64,000 nucleotides of DNA from an uncultured Hyphomicrobiaceae bacterium. Its GTDB lineage: Bacteria; Pseudomonadota; Alphaproteobacteria; Rhizobiales; Hyphomicrobiaceae. Every line of letters starts with the position of its first letter. Within the stretch, counting starts at the first letter, position 1. Positions 44,779-53,471 of this stretch are shown here, one piece after another. The notes beneath the pieces were generated by a model. That model ran no database searches. It was not told the origin of the DNA and saw only the letters and a program-made list of their open reading frames with translations. Made by a program: the position numbers and the translations under genes. The DNA lies in contig CAZLHQ010000001.1 of the NCBI GenBank assembly GCA_964559355.1, positions 52,553 to 116,552 of the forward strand, read 5' to 3'.

Positions 44779-47700
44779 TCACTCGGCCGCGGCCGGTCGG
44801 CGTACCGTCAATTGCGTGAGAATGGCGCGCAGGGCTGCCGCCTTCAGCGGTTTGCGCAACAGCGGTAAGTCGTGCGAACGAACCTCACGCTGCACCTCGA
44901 GGCTGTGGTCGGCGGTGATGATGACGGCCGGCAAGGTGCGCTCGAGCGCTTTGCGGATGCGCAGTGCGGCATCGACGCCGGTGCCACTGTCGAGATGATA
45001 GTCGGCGAGCACGATGTCGGGCTCGAATGTGCCGGCGGCCAGCAGATCGAGGGCCAAATGCGCGCTGGAAGCCGTGCGCACCGTGCAGCCCCAACCGGTC
45101 AACAGTGCCTCCATGCCTGACAGCACGGCTGCTTCGTTGTCGATGCACAAAACCGCAATTCCATTGAGGCTGCCGAGAGTGGGCGGCGACTGTGTGGCCA
45201 CGGGCAAGGCGCGTGGCTGTGCGGCTGGGATGCGCACGCTGAATGTCGAGCCGCGGCGGGGAACCGAGACAAGCCTGATCGGATGATCGAGGATACGGCC
45301 GATGCGCTCGACGATGGACAGGCCGAGACCAAGTCCGCGCACATTGCTGCCTGGACCCTCGAGCCGCTGGAACTCCTTGAAGATGACGGTCTGCTTGTCC
45401 TCGGGGATGCCGGGGCCGGTATCGAGCACCTGAACCTCGAGCGTTTTGCCGAAATGGCGCACGCCCAGCAGCACGCCACCGCTGCGCGTATACTTGATGG
45501 CGTTGGATACGAGGTTTTGCAGCACGCGACGCAACAGTCGGCGGTCGGACTTGACCCAGGCGCGCGTCGGAAACGTCTTCAGCCGTAATCCCTTCTCGCG
45601 CGCCATCGGTTCGAATTCGACCTTGAGCTGGTCAAATATCTCCGACAGCGCAAACTCGGTGGTCTCGGGCTCCAGCCGTCCCGCGTCCATCCGCGAAATT
45701 TCTATCAGCGCTGAGAAAATTTCCTCAACCGCCGACAACGAGGCATCGACATTGCGCGCCAGCCTGCTCTCCGGCTCCACCAGCGGCCGCTCGCACAGGC
45801 TTGTTGCATAAAGGCGAGCGGCGTTGAGCGGCTGCAGGATGTCGTGGCTGGCGGCGGCGAGGAAGCGCGTCTTGTCGAGATTGGCCTCGTCGGCTTTCGA
45901 CTTGGCAATCGCAAGGGCGGCGTTCACTTCCAGAAGTTCTGCTGTGCGTTCACGCACGCGCCGTTCGAGCGTTTCGTTGGCGCGCGCCAGAGCTTGGGCG
46001 GCGGCGACGCGATCGGTGATGTCGGAGAATGTCGCCACGATGCCGCCTTGTGGCATCGAGCTGGTTCGGATCTCGATGTGGCGACGGCCTCCCAGGATGC
46101 GCTCCTGGAACGTCTCTTTGCGCACGGCCAGGCGAAAGAGGCGGCTTTCGACGAGCTGGTCGATGTCGCCGGGGCCGAAATCGCCACGCTCCGCGCACAC
46201 TCGCAAGATGCGATCGAGGGGTGCGCCGACGCGACCAATCTCGGCCGGCAGCTCGAGCAGCTCGCGGAACTGCCGGTTCCAGCAGATGAGCCGCATATCC
46301 TTGTCGAAGACGCTCAGGCCGTGACGCACCTGATCGATTGCCGATTGCAGCAGATCGCGGTTGTACTGCAACGCCTCGGAGGCGTCGTCGAGCAGCTTCA
46401 AGGCCGATTGGCTCGACATGCTGCCGCGCTTCAACAGCAAAGACAGCACGAGGCGCGCGGAAGCCGAGCCGATGGCGCTCGACAACAGATGTTCGGCAAA
46501 TCGGAACGACTGGATATCGGCCTCGGCTTCGCGTGCACCGGAAAGATTACGGCTGGCGATGTAGTCGTTGAAGGAGCGCGCCGCACGGTCGACGCCGACA
46601 TAGCGTCCGACATTGTGCTCCAGATCGGACATCGTAATGTTTGTGCGCCAGAGCCGGAATGAAGGAACGCTTTGTTGCGGCCGCGCCGGCTCGCCCTGCA
46701 AGAACAGTTGCGCCTGCAGTCGCTCGATCGGCTCGGGCTGTCGCAATAGCGATACGGTGAGGTAAGTCAGCAGATTTGCCGACAGCGACCACAGCACGCC
46801 GTGCGTCAGCGGCTCGAACTGCAGGTAGAACAATTCCTGCGGCCGCAGCAGACCGATGCTGAACGGTCCGTCATTGACGATCGAGATCGGCAGCCAGCCG
46901 GCCTTGGCAAACCATGGCAGAACCAGCGTATAGGCCCATACGCCGGTGCCCGCCAGAATGCCGGCGATGGCGCCGCGCGCGGTTCCGTTGCGCCACATCA
47001 GGCCGATGAAGAAGGCCGGCGCAAACTGGGCAATGGCCGCAAACGACAGCAGGCCAATCGCCGCCAGACCCTGCGAATGGCCAACCGTGTGATAGACGAT
47101 ATAGCTGAGCAGCAGGATCACCGCGATGGCGAGGCGGCGGATCAAGAGCAGCCACGGCGCCAGCTCGTTGTGCTTGGTCGTGTCGATCGAATCCTGGCGC
47201 AGCAGCAGCGGCACCACCAGGCCGTTACAGATCATGATGGCCAGGGCCACGGATTCGACGATGACCATGGCAGTGGCCGCCGAGAGGCCGCCCAGAAACG
47301 CGACCAGCACCATGGCGCGGCTTTCAACCGACATCGGCAGCGCCAGCATGAAGAAGTCAGGATCGCTGTCGCGCGGATTGAGGCTCATCAGGCCGGCCGC
47401 CGCGATAGGCACGACGAACAGGTTTATCAAGATGAGATAGAGGGGGAACAGCCATGCCGCTCGCCGCACCTCAGTTTCGGAGTTGTTCTCGACCACGGCG
47501 ACGTGGAATTGGCGCGGCAGCAGGATGACGGCGATGAAACTCAGCAAGGTAACGGTGAGCCAGATGCCGCCATTGAAGCCTTGCGCGAAGGTGCGGTCGA
47601 CGATCGGGCTTTGCGCGGCGCGCGCCAGGAAGTTGTCCAACCCGCCGAAGACGCTGAAGATGACGAACACGCCGACGACGATGAAAGCGGCGAGCTTGAC

Positions 47701-48309
47701 CACGGATTCGGCGGCCACCGCCAGCATCAATCCATCCTGGTGCTCGGTCGCATCGATATGGCGCGTGCCGAACAGGATGGCGAATGCGGCCAGCACCAGC
47801 GTTATGATAAGCGCAGTATCGGCGAATCCGATTTTCGGCATGTCGAGCGGCATCAGCGCATTGGCGCCGAGCACGGTTTCGATCGACACGCTGATCGCCT
47901 TCAATTGCAGGGCGATATACGGCAGCGATCCAATCAGTGCCACCACCGTGACGATGGCGGCAACGGCTTGGCTTTTGCCATAGCGAGCGGCGATGAAGTC
48001 TGCGACCGAGGTCAGGTTCTGGCTCTTGGCAAGACGCACGATGCGCAGCAGGATCGGCCGGCCGATGGTGAACAGCAGGATCGGACCAAGGTAGACGGGA
48101 ATGAAATCGTAGCCGGTCGTGGCGGCCAGACCGACGCTGCCGAAAAACGTCCACGATGTGCAATAGACGGCGAGCGACAGGGCATAGACGAACGGGCGCC
48201 CCGCGTGCGCGTCGGCAAGGCGCACGGTCTGGTCGCCGATCCAGGCCAGGGCGAACAGCGCGCTCAGGTAGAGCAGCGCGACGGAAAAGATGACCCAGCC
48301 TTCAATCAT
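44779..48309 (-). CDS. Hybrid sensor histidine kinase with an N-terminal sodium:solute-symporter-like membrane domain (CrbS/CbrA-like)
   Basis: The N-terminal ~500 aa are SSF-like polytopic. A PAS-like region follows. H-box FLAAASHDILQPLNAARLY, N/G boxes LQNLVSNAIKYT, DTGPGIP and GLGLGLSIV. C-terminal REC (VLCIDNE..VLADYHLD). ATG 48309. Confidence 0.85.
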   Translation of the reverse strand: MIEGWVIFSVALLYLSALFALAWIGDQTVRLADAHAGRPFVYALSLAVYCTSWTFFGSVGLAATTGYDFIPVYLGPILLFTIGRPILLRIVRLAKSQNLTSVADFIAARYGKSQAVAAIVTVVALIGSLPYIALQLKAISVSIETVLGANALMPLDMPKIGFADTALIITLVLAAFAILFGTRHIDATEHQDGLMLAVAAESVVKLAAFIVVGVFVIFSVFGGLDNFLARAAQSPIVDRTFAQGFNGGIWLTVTLLSFIAVILLPRQFHVAVVENNSETEVRRAAWLFPLYLILINLFVVPIAAAGLMSLNPRDSDPDFFMLALPMSVESRAMVLVAFLGGLSAATAMVIVESVALAIMICNGLVVPLLLRQDSIDTTKHNELAPWLLLIRRLAIAVILLLSYIVYHTVGHSQGLAAIGLLSFAAIAQFAPAFFIGLMWRNGTARGAIAGILAGTGVWAYTLVLPWFAKAGWLPISIVNDGPFSIGLLRPQELFYLQFEPLTHGVLWSLSANLLTYLTVSLLRQPEPIERLQAQLFLQGEPARPQQSVPSFRLWRTNITMSDLEHNVGRYVGVDRAARSFNDYIASRNLSGAREAEADIQSFRFAEHLLSSAIGSASARLVLSLLLKRGSMSSQSALKLLDDASEALQYNRDLLQSAIDQVRHGLSVFDKDMRLICWNRQFRELLELPAEIGRVGAPLDRILRVCAERGDFGPGDIDQLVESRLFRLAVRKETFQERILGGRRHIEIRTSSMPQGGIVATFSDITDRVAAAQALARANETLERRVRERTAELLEVNAALAIAKSKADEANLDKTRFLAAASHDILQPLNAARLYATSLCERPLVEPESRLARNVDASLSAVEEIFSALIEISRMDAGRLEPETTEFALSEIFDQLKVEFEPMAREKGLRLKTFPTRAWVKSDRRLLRRVLQNLVSNAIKYTRSGGVLLGVRHFGKTLEVQVLDTGPGIPEDKQTVIFKEFQRLEGPGSNVRGLGLGLSIVERIGRILDHPIRLVSVPRRGSTFSVRIPAAQPRALPVATQSPPTLGSLNGIAVLCIDNEAAVLSGMEALLTGWGCTVRTASSAHLALDLLAAGTFEPDIVLADYHLDSGTGVDAALRIRKALERTLPAVIITADHSLEVQREVRSHDLPLLRKPLKAAALRAILTQLTVRRPAAAE

Positions 48310-48707
48310 GAATGCCTTGGGATGAGAATAACAGAACGGTTGCGCGAGTGCCGTCAGCCCGGGCTGCAGCACGCCACCATACGTCGCTGCAACGGACAGA
48401 AAAAGCCGGATTTTCCAAAATGTTGGTCAATCATGCGCGATTGCCGCCGCGTCATCGGGTCGGGCATTCGGTGGCTGATGACGCCGCCAGCGACCATTCA
48501 CATTTAACTTCGAACCCAGCGAGAATTGTGTCTATGTCTGCGAACCAATTGTCCACTTAACGGACTTTAAATAATGTGATTTTGCTTGCGATTCGGCTGC
48601 TTGCGTCGTGCGGGGGTTAGTCAAGTCGTACTCGTTGGATCACATCACGAACCAATCGGGGGCCGGCGCCAGGATGCGCAGCCCGCAAACAAGCGAAGGG
48701 GCTCATC

Positions 48708-49112
48708 ATGGGCATGCTGCAAGAGTTCAAGGAATTTGCCGTCAAGGGCAACATGATCGACATGGCTGTCGGTATCATCATCGGCGGCGCTTTCGGCACC
48801 ATCGTCAAATCGCTGGTCGAAGACGTGATCATGCCGCCGATCGGAATGCTGCTCGGCGGCGTCGATTTCTCCGACATCAAGATTCCGCTCAAGGCCGCTG
48901 CAAATGGCAAAGACGCAGTGTCCATGAACATCGGCACGTTTTTCAATAACGTCATCAGTTTCTTGATCGTGGCCTGGGCCGTGTTCATGCTGGTGAAGGC
49001 GATCAACGAGCTGAAGAAGCGCTTCGAGAAGGAAAAGGCTGCAGCTCCGCCGCCAGCCCCGACGCCGACCGAAGTCTTGCTGACCGAAATCCGCGATTCT
49101 CTGAAGAAGTAA
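48708..49112 (+). CDS. mscL: Large-conductance mechanosensitive channel
   Basis: [59 protein letters not shown]. Confidence 0.95.
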   Translation: MGMLQEFKEFAVKGNMIDMAVGIIIGGAFGTIVKSLVEDVIMPPIGMLLGGVDFSDIKIPLKAAANGKDAVSMNIGTFFNNVISFLIVAWAVFMLVKAINELKKRFEKEKAAAPPPAPTPTEVLLTEIRDSLKK

Positions 49113-49285
49113 CATCGCTGTTGTGACTGCCGCAGCATGCAATGCCCGCCTCGGCAACGGGGTGGGCATTTGCATGTCCGCACTTGCTTGTTCGCACTAT
49201 GGCTGCGGAGTGCGGACCGGCGCCGGCGTCACGCTTGAACGCATCTTTGCGCCGTTGAGGCCGTATGCTAGATCTGCCGCGCAAA

Positions 49286-49360
49286 GCGGGCGTAGTTCAG
49301 TGGTAGAACATCAGCTTCCCAAGCTGAGTGTCGTGGGTTCGATTCCCATCGCCCGCTCCA
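49286..49360 (+). tRNA. tRNA-Gly (anticodon CCC)
   Basis: The cloverleaf folds by hand. Acceptor GCGGGCG/CGCCCGC, D stem GTTC/GAAC, anticodon stem TCAGC/GCTGA with loop TTCCCAA, T arm GTGGG-TTCGATT-CCCAT, encoded CCA. 75 nt. Confidence 0.9.
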
Positions 49361-49835
49361 AACATGCAATTGCCCCCGGCGGCTCCGTGGGTGGCAGGCC
49401 ATCCCAAAAATGATTGCAAGAGCGAGGTTGCGGCCTCGCGCCGAATGAAGCCGTTGGAATGGCATGCTGTTTGGCTAGACTTTAGTCTAAGGTGTTTTCG
49501 GGCACCATCTTGACCTCCAGCCGCTCGATTCGGACTTGCGTTCGGCCATGCGAGATGACGCGGTCAGAGCACATTGTGAGGCGAAGCAATGGCCTAGTGG
49601 CCAATGATATCGTCCATCGCGAACGACGCGCTGCGTTGCACTCGCAAATATACCGCAATGCATCATGTGCCAATCGTGACACGGCCAGCAAAATCAATGG
49701 GTTGTGCGTAGCCGCATTTGATTTTTATCACTTGGCTCGCCGTCAATTTGTGTTTTGATATTCGAATATTCGTTTCGTGCCGGGTCGATTCGCCTGGTGC
49801 GGTGGGTTAGGCGCTCGGATGAGGGGAAGCCGCGC

Positions 49836-50000
49836 GTGAAAGCTGTCGTCTACAACGTTTTCGCCAACACTGGCTGTCTTTGGGTCGGTCTTGCCGCGGT
49901 TCTCATGCTGCCGGCATTTACCGCCGACGCATATTTTTGGCTGCCTGCCGCGCTTGCCGCGCAGGTATGGGTGTGCATCGTCCGTCGCGCCGGCAACTGA
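49836..50000 (+). CDS. Possible small two-TM membrane protein (54 aa), speculative
   Basis: A GTG preceded by GAGGGGAA. Product MKAVVYNVFANTGCLWVGLAAVLMLPAFTADAYFWLPAALAAQVWVCIVRRAGN. No family recognised. Confidence 0.2.
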   Translation: MKAVVYNVFANTGCLWVGLAAVLMLPAFTADAYFWLPAALAAQVWVCIVRRAGN

Positions 50001-50263
50001 CCGCATATATACGCTTCGTTTGCGACGGTTTTTGTGACAGTCGAGGGGTGGCCGTTCGAGCCTTCTGGGGTGCAGGGGGTTCGTTGGTTTATCACGCCAG
50101 TTTCCGTTTATTTTGATGCCGCCCGGTGGAGCCGCTGCAGCCCGTATCAATACGGGGGGCGGGCTCGTCGCGGTTCGCTGCGTCAGCGCGTTGGGTTGGC
50201 TCGCCATGACGCGCCCGGCCTTGCAACCGCGCACAAGAGCGCCGCGACAGCGTATCTGGCGCA

Positions 50264-50333
50264 TCTTTGATCGAGAATCTGATTCACGCCCTCGATGGAA
50301 GCGCTTGCGCCTCCATCTCGGACGATCACGCTC
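50264..50333 (-). repeat. Dispersed structured repeat, copy B (first ~70 bp only, inverted orientation)
   Basis: The reverse complement gagcgtgatcgtccgagatggaggcgcaagcgcttccatcgagggcgtgaatcagattctcgatcaaaga aligns with the 5' half of copies A and C. It abuts the stop of the sucD-like gene. Confidence 0.7.
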
Positions 50334-51205
50334 TATAGCAGCGCCTCGCGCATGGCAGCGCCGACGCGGCTGGCGTCCGCCACGACATGAACGCCCGCCT
50401 GCTCCAGCGATCTGATTTTGTCGGCTGCGCTGCCCGATCCCTGGGTGGCAAGTGCTCCGGCATGTCCCATGCGCCGCTCCGGCGGGGCATGGCGTCCAGC
50501 GATCAGTGCGACGACAGGCTTTGCCGGTTTGCGCGCGGCGATCAGGTTGGCGACGTCTTCCTCGTCGGTGCCGCCGATCTCGCCGATAACGATGATGCCG
50601 CTGGTGTCGGTGTCGTCGAGGAACATCGCGACCGTATCCTTGAGGCTCAGCCCGTGAACGGGGTCGCCGCCGACGCCCACTGTCGTCGATTGACCGAGGC
50701 CCGCGCGGGTCGTCTGCAGCACCACCTCGCTCGTGAGCGAGGCCGACCGCGAGGCGATGCCGATGCCGCCGCGTCGGGCGTCAAGCGTTGCCATGACACC
50801 GAGCTGGCCGATACCGGGAGCCAACACGCCCTGGCTATTGGGGCCGACGAGCTTCGTCTTCGTTCCATTGAGAGCCTGGCGCACGCGCACCATGTCGAGC
50901 ACGGGAATGCGTTCGGTGACACACACGAGCAGGTCGAGCCCCGCCTCGATGCCCTCGATCATCGCCGCGGCCGCGTTTTGCGGCGGCACGAACACAAGGC
51001 TGGCGCTGGCTCCGGTGCTATCTACGGCCTCGCGCACGGTGTTGAAGATCGGCAAGTCGAGATGCGTACGCCCGCCCTTGCCGGGAACGACACCGCCCAC
51101 CAGTCGCGTGCCGTAAGAGAGCATGCGTGCGCAATGGAACGTCGCGGCGCGACCGGTCAGTCCCTGGCAAATCACCTTCGTTTCAGGCGTGATGAGAATG
51201 GCCAT
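50333..51205 (-). CDS. Succinyl-CoA synthetase alpha-subunit-like protein (divergent paralogue; NDP-forming acyl-CoA ligase alpha)
   Basis: KVICQGLTGRAATFH, VGGVVPGKGG, SRSASLTSE, GVGGDP and the phosphohistidine loop RRMGHAGAL. Differs from canonical SucD at several conserved spots (NSQG for NCPG). Confidence 0.8.
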   Translation of the reverse strand: MAILITPETKVICQGLTGRAATFHCARMLSYGTRLVGGVVPGKGGRTHLDLPIFNTVREAVDSTGASASLVFVPPQNAAAAMIEGIEAGLDLLVCVTERIPVLDMVRVRQALNGTKTKLVGPNSQGVLAPGIGQLGVMATLDARRGGIGIASRSASLTSEVVLQTTRAGLGQSTTVGVGGDPVHGLSLKDTVAMFLDDTDTSGIIVIGEIGGTDEEDVANLIAARKPAKPVVALIAGRHAPPERRMGHAGALATQGSGSAADKIRSLEQAGVHVVADASRVGAAMREALL

Positions 51206-52386
51206 TATGCTGCCTCCTGGCGTGCGGCCTTGACGGCGCTGCTGGCGCCTTCGGCCATGTCGGCTGCCGCGGTGTAGGCGACGCCGTTGTTCTTCAAGAC
51301 CGTGGTGGCAAACTGTGCGTTGTTGCCGGCCATGCGAATGACAATGGGCATGCGGCGGCCCGAGCGGCGCATGGCGATGCCGATGCCTTCCGCGATCGTG
51401 TCGCAGCGTTGCATGCCGCCGCCATGCACGTTGACATAGATGGAGCGGATCGCCGGGTTCTTCAGCAGCAGGGCGAAGCCGTGCGCGATGTCGAGACTGG
51501 TCGCTGTCGTGCGAATATCCATGAAGTTGGCGGGCTTGCCGCCAGCATCGACGATGAGATCATGAGTGACGAGTGCGAGACCGGCGCCGTTGACGACGCA
51601 ACCGATGTCGCCATCGAGCCGCATGTAGTTGATCTGATGTTGTTGCGCCTCGAGCTCCGCGGGGTCGGTGGCATTGATGCGGCCGTCACGTAGCTTCTTA
51701 AGATCGCTGCGGCGGAACAGGGCATTGTCGTCGATTGTGATTTTGGCGTCGAGCGCCATCAGATGGCCATCGGTAGTCACGCACAACGGGTTGATTTCGG
51801 CCAGCGTCGCATCCGAGCCGATCATGGCGGCGGCCAGATTGCGCATGACGATGGCAAGAGCCTTGCGCAGCTTCTCGTCGCTGACGGCGCTGGACGCCAG
51901 GCTATCGAAGTCGCCAGTGAGGCGATTGTCCTCGATGCTGAGCGGCAGGCGGGTAACGAGGCCTTTCTCCTTGCCCGCGCGCTTCTCGATGTCCTCGCCT
52001 CCTCGATCGGAGGCAAGCATGACGATTTCGCCGGTTGCCTTGTCGAGTGTCACGGCGAGATAGAGGTTCTGCGCGACCCGCACCATCTCTTCCACATGCA
52101 CGCTGTCGACCAGCGCAGCCATTGCCCCGGTCTGGCTGGTGACCAGCTTGGAGCCGATCAACTGGGCGGCCGCTTTCTCGACCTCGACGGCGTTGGACGC
52201 AAAGCGAATGCCGCCGGCGCTCTTGCGATCGCCGGCAAGAATTTGCGCCTTGACGACGTAGGATGCCGAGCCCAGCCGGCGTGCGGCCTGGCCAGCCTGA
52301 TCGGCGGTGCGCGCCGTCTCGCCGATGGGTGTGGGAATGCCATAAGCGGCCAGCAGCCGTTTGGCCTGGTGCTCGTAGAGATCCAT
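51205..52386 (-). CDS. Succinyl-CoA synthetase beta-subunit-like ATP-grasp protein (divergent paralogue)
   Basis: MDLYEHQAKRLLAAYGIP, VVKAQILAGDRKSAGGIRF (canonical GGRGKAGG is altered), NGAGLALVTHD and HGGGMQRCD. ATG 52386 is preceded by GGGAGGGG. Confidence 0.8.
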   Translation of the reverse strand: MDLYEHQAKRLLAAYGIPTPIGETARTADQAGQAARRLGSASYVVKAQILAGDRKSAGGIRFASNAVEVEKAAAQLIGSKLVTSQTGAMAALVDSVHVEEMVRVAQNLYLAVTLDKATGEIVMLASDRGGEDIEKRAGKEKGLVTRLPLSIEDNRLTGDFDSLASSAVSDEKLRKALAIVMRNLAAAMIGSDATLAEINPLCVTTDGHLMALDAKITIDDNALFRRSDLKKLRDGRINATDPAELEAQQHQINYMRLDGDIGCVVNGAGLALVTHDLIVDAGGKPANFMDIRTTATSLDIAHGFALLLKNPAIRSIYVNVHGGGMQRCDTIAEGIGIAMRRSGRRMPIVIRMAGNNAQFATTVLKNNGVAYTAAADMAEGASSAVKAARQEAA

Positions 52387-52620
52387 GGGCCCCTCCCAGG
52401 GGTCGCTGCCGCTGTTATTGTCTTCTTGCGGCGGGTGCACGTTTTTTTTTTGGCGTAACTCCTCGGACGACAAGCGCCAGGCTTGAGTCACGGTGAGCCA
52501 CTGCCGATGATAGTCGCGAAGATCGTTGTCCGGCTCGGCAAAGTTATTGGCATATTGTATGCCACAGACTATCGCGTGTCGAGAGGGAGTAGGGGGCAGA
52601 ATGCAGAATCCAGAAGGCAG

Positions 52621-52789
52621 ATCTTGGGGGAGAGCGGGCTTGGGGGAGCGTGGGCCTGGGGAGTGCGGGTTTGGAGCGGGCGTTCTCGGGTCGTGCAGGT
52701 CTCGGAGGTGCGGTTTGAGGGAGGGTCGAACGTGGTGAGGGTGAGTCTTGGGGGAGTGCGCGTCTTAGGGAGTGCAGGTCTTGGAGCCT
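52621..52789 (+). repeat. Degenerate G-rich tandem array (about 15-18-nt units, consensus near GTCTTGGGGGAGTGCG)
   Basis: Units include atcttgggggagagcggg, cttgggggagcgtgggc, ctggggagtgcgggt, then gtcttgggggagtgcgc, gtcttagggagtgcag and gtcttggagcc. The array runs straight into repeat copy C. Confidence 0.7.
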
Positions 52790-52911
52790 GATCGTCCTCG
52801 ATGGAAACGCTTGTCGTTTCCATCGAGGACGTGAATCAGACTCTCAATCAAGGACTTAGAGCAGGCCACCATGGCACGAGGCGATTCCATGTAAGTTGAA
52901 CCTGCTCTAAG
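52784..52911 (+). repeat. Dispersed 128-bp structured repeat, copy C (best-preserved hairpins)
   Basis: A perfect 17-bp stem cgtcctcgatggaaacg (52793-52809) / cgtttccatcgaggacg (52815-52831). A second inverted repeat cttagagcagg .. cctgctctaag flanks about 35 nt. Confidence 0.8.
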
Positions 52912-53471
52912 GGAGCGCGGTTCATCGACTGGCAGGCGCATTTGGCAGCACCACGACTCGGTGGCATGCCGGAGCGGGTAACGGGGCGGGCAGCATGGGC
53001 CCCGGCCGATCCGAGTGCCAACGTGGGTGAGCGCGCCGGTCGCCGTCCCGAGCCGCAATCGCACAACGCCGCTTTTCAGGTTTCCGGCTGCAGCAATTCC
53101 TGAAGCGACAGCGTGACCACGCGGCTTCGATTTCGCCTGCTCGAACGTGCACCTGCGAGATCGAGCTGTGCCGTGCTGTTGAGTTGGACGATGTGCGCGC
53201 GAAGCGATGTGGCAAAGGTGGCAGCGGGCGGCATTCAGAGCGCATGGCGATGAACCAGCACAAATGCACGCCGCAAACTGCCTTTCGCAAGGGCACCTGC
53301 TGCCTCGTTGAGCAGATGTTCATCGTTTCATCGCATGAGCCGCTTGGCTAGATTGACGTCAGAGCGTTGCGGAACAAGGTTGGCGTGAAATATGCGATGC
53401 GCTCGCTGCATTCACGTTAGACGTCGCCGCGGCGGTTGGCTCGCGTCGTCAGATCTGCCAATGAGGAACCT

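Noticed and set aside
46801-48507. Long ORFs antisense to confidently assigned genes. Examples are 46801..48507, 36930..38162, 38732..39682, 32012..33175, 25921..26775, 34127..35131, 14925..15815, 13194..13982, 9284..10090, 54084..54740, 55325..56104, 50387..51277 and 51763..52458.
   Set aside because: These are typical high-GC shadow ORFs. They have R/A/G/P-rich composition, no motifs, and each is fully overlapped by a gene with strong family signatures on the other strand.
49286-50332. Genomic island integrated at tRNA-Gly
   Set aside because: No integrase, no mobility genes, and no direct repeat of the tRNA 3' end could be found by eye. The segment is only about 1 kb.
52621-52789. Possible CRISPR array
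   Set aside because: The units are only about 15-18 nt, contiguous and degenerate, with no unique spacers. No cas genes are in the window.
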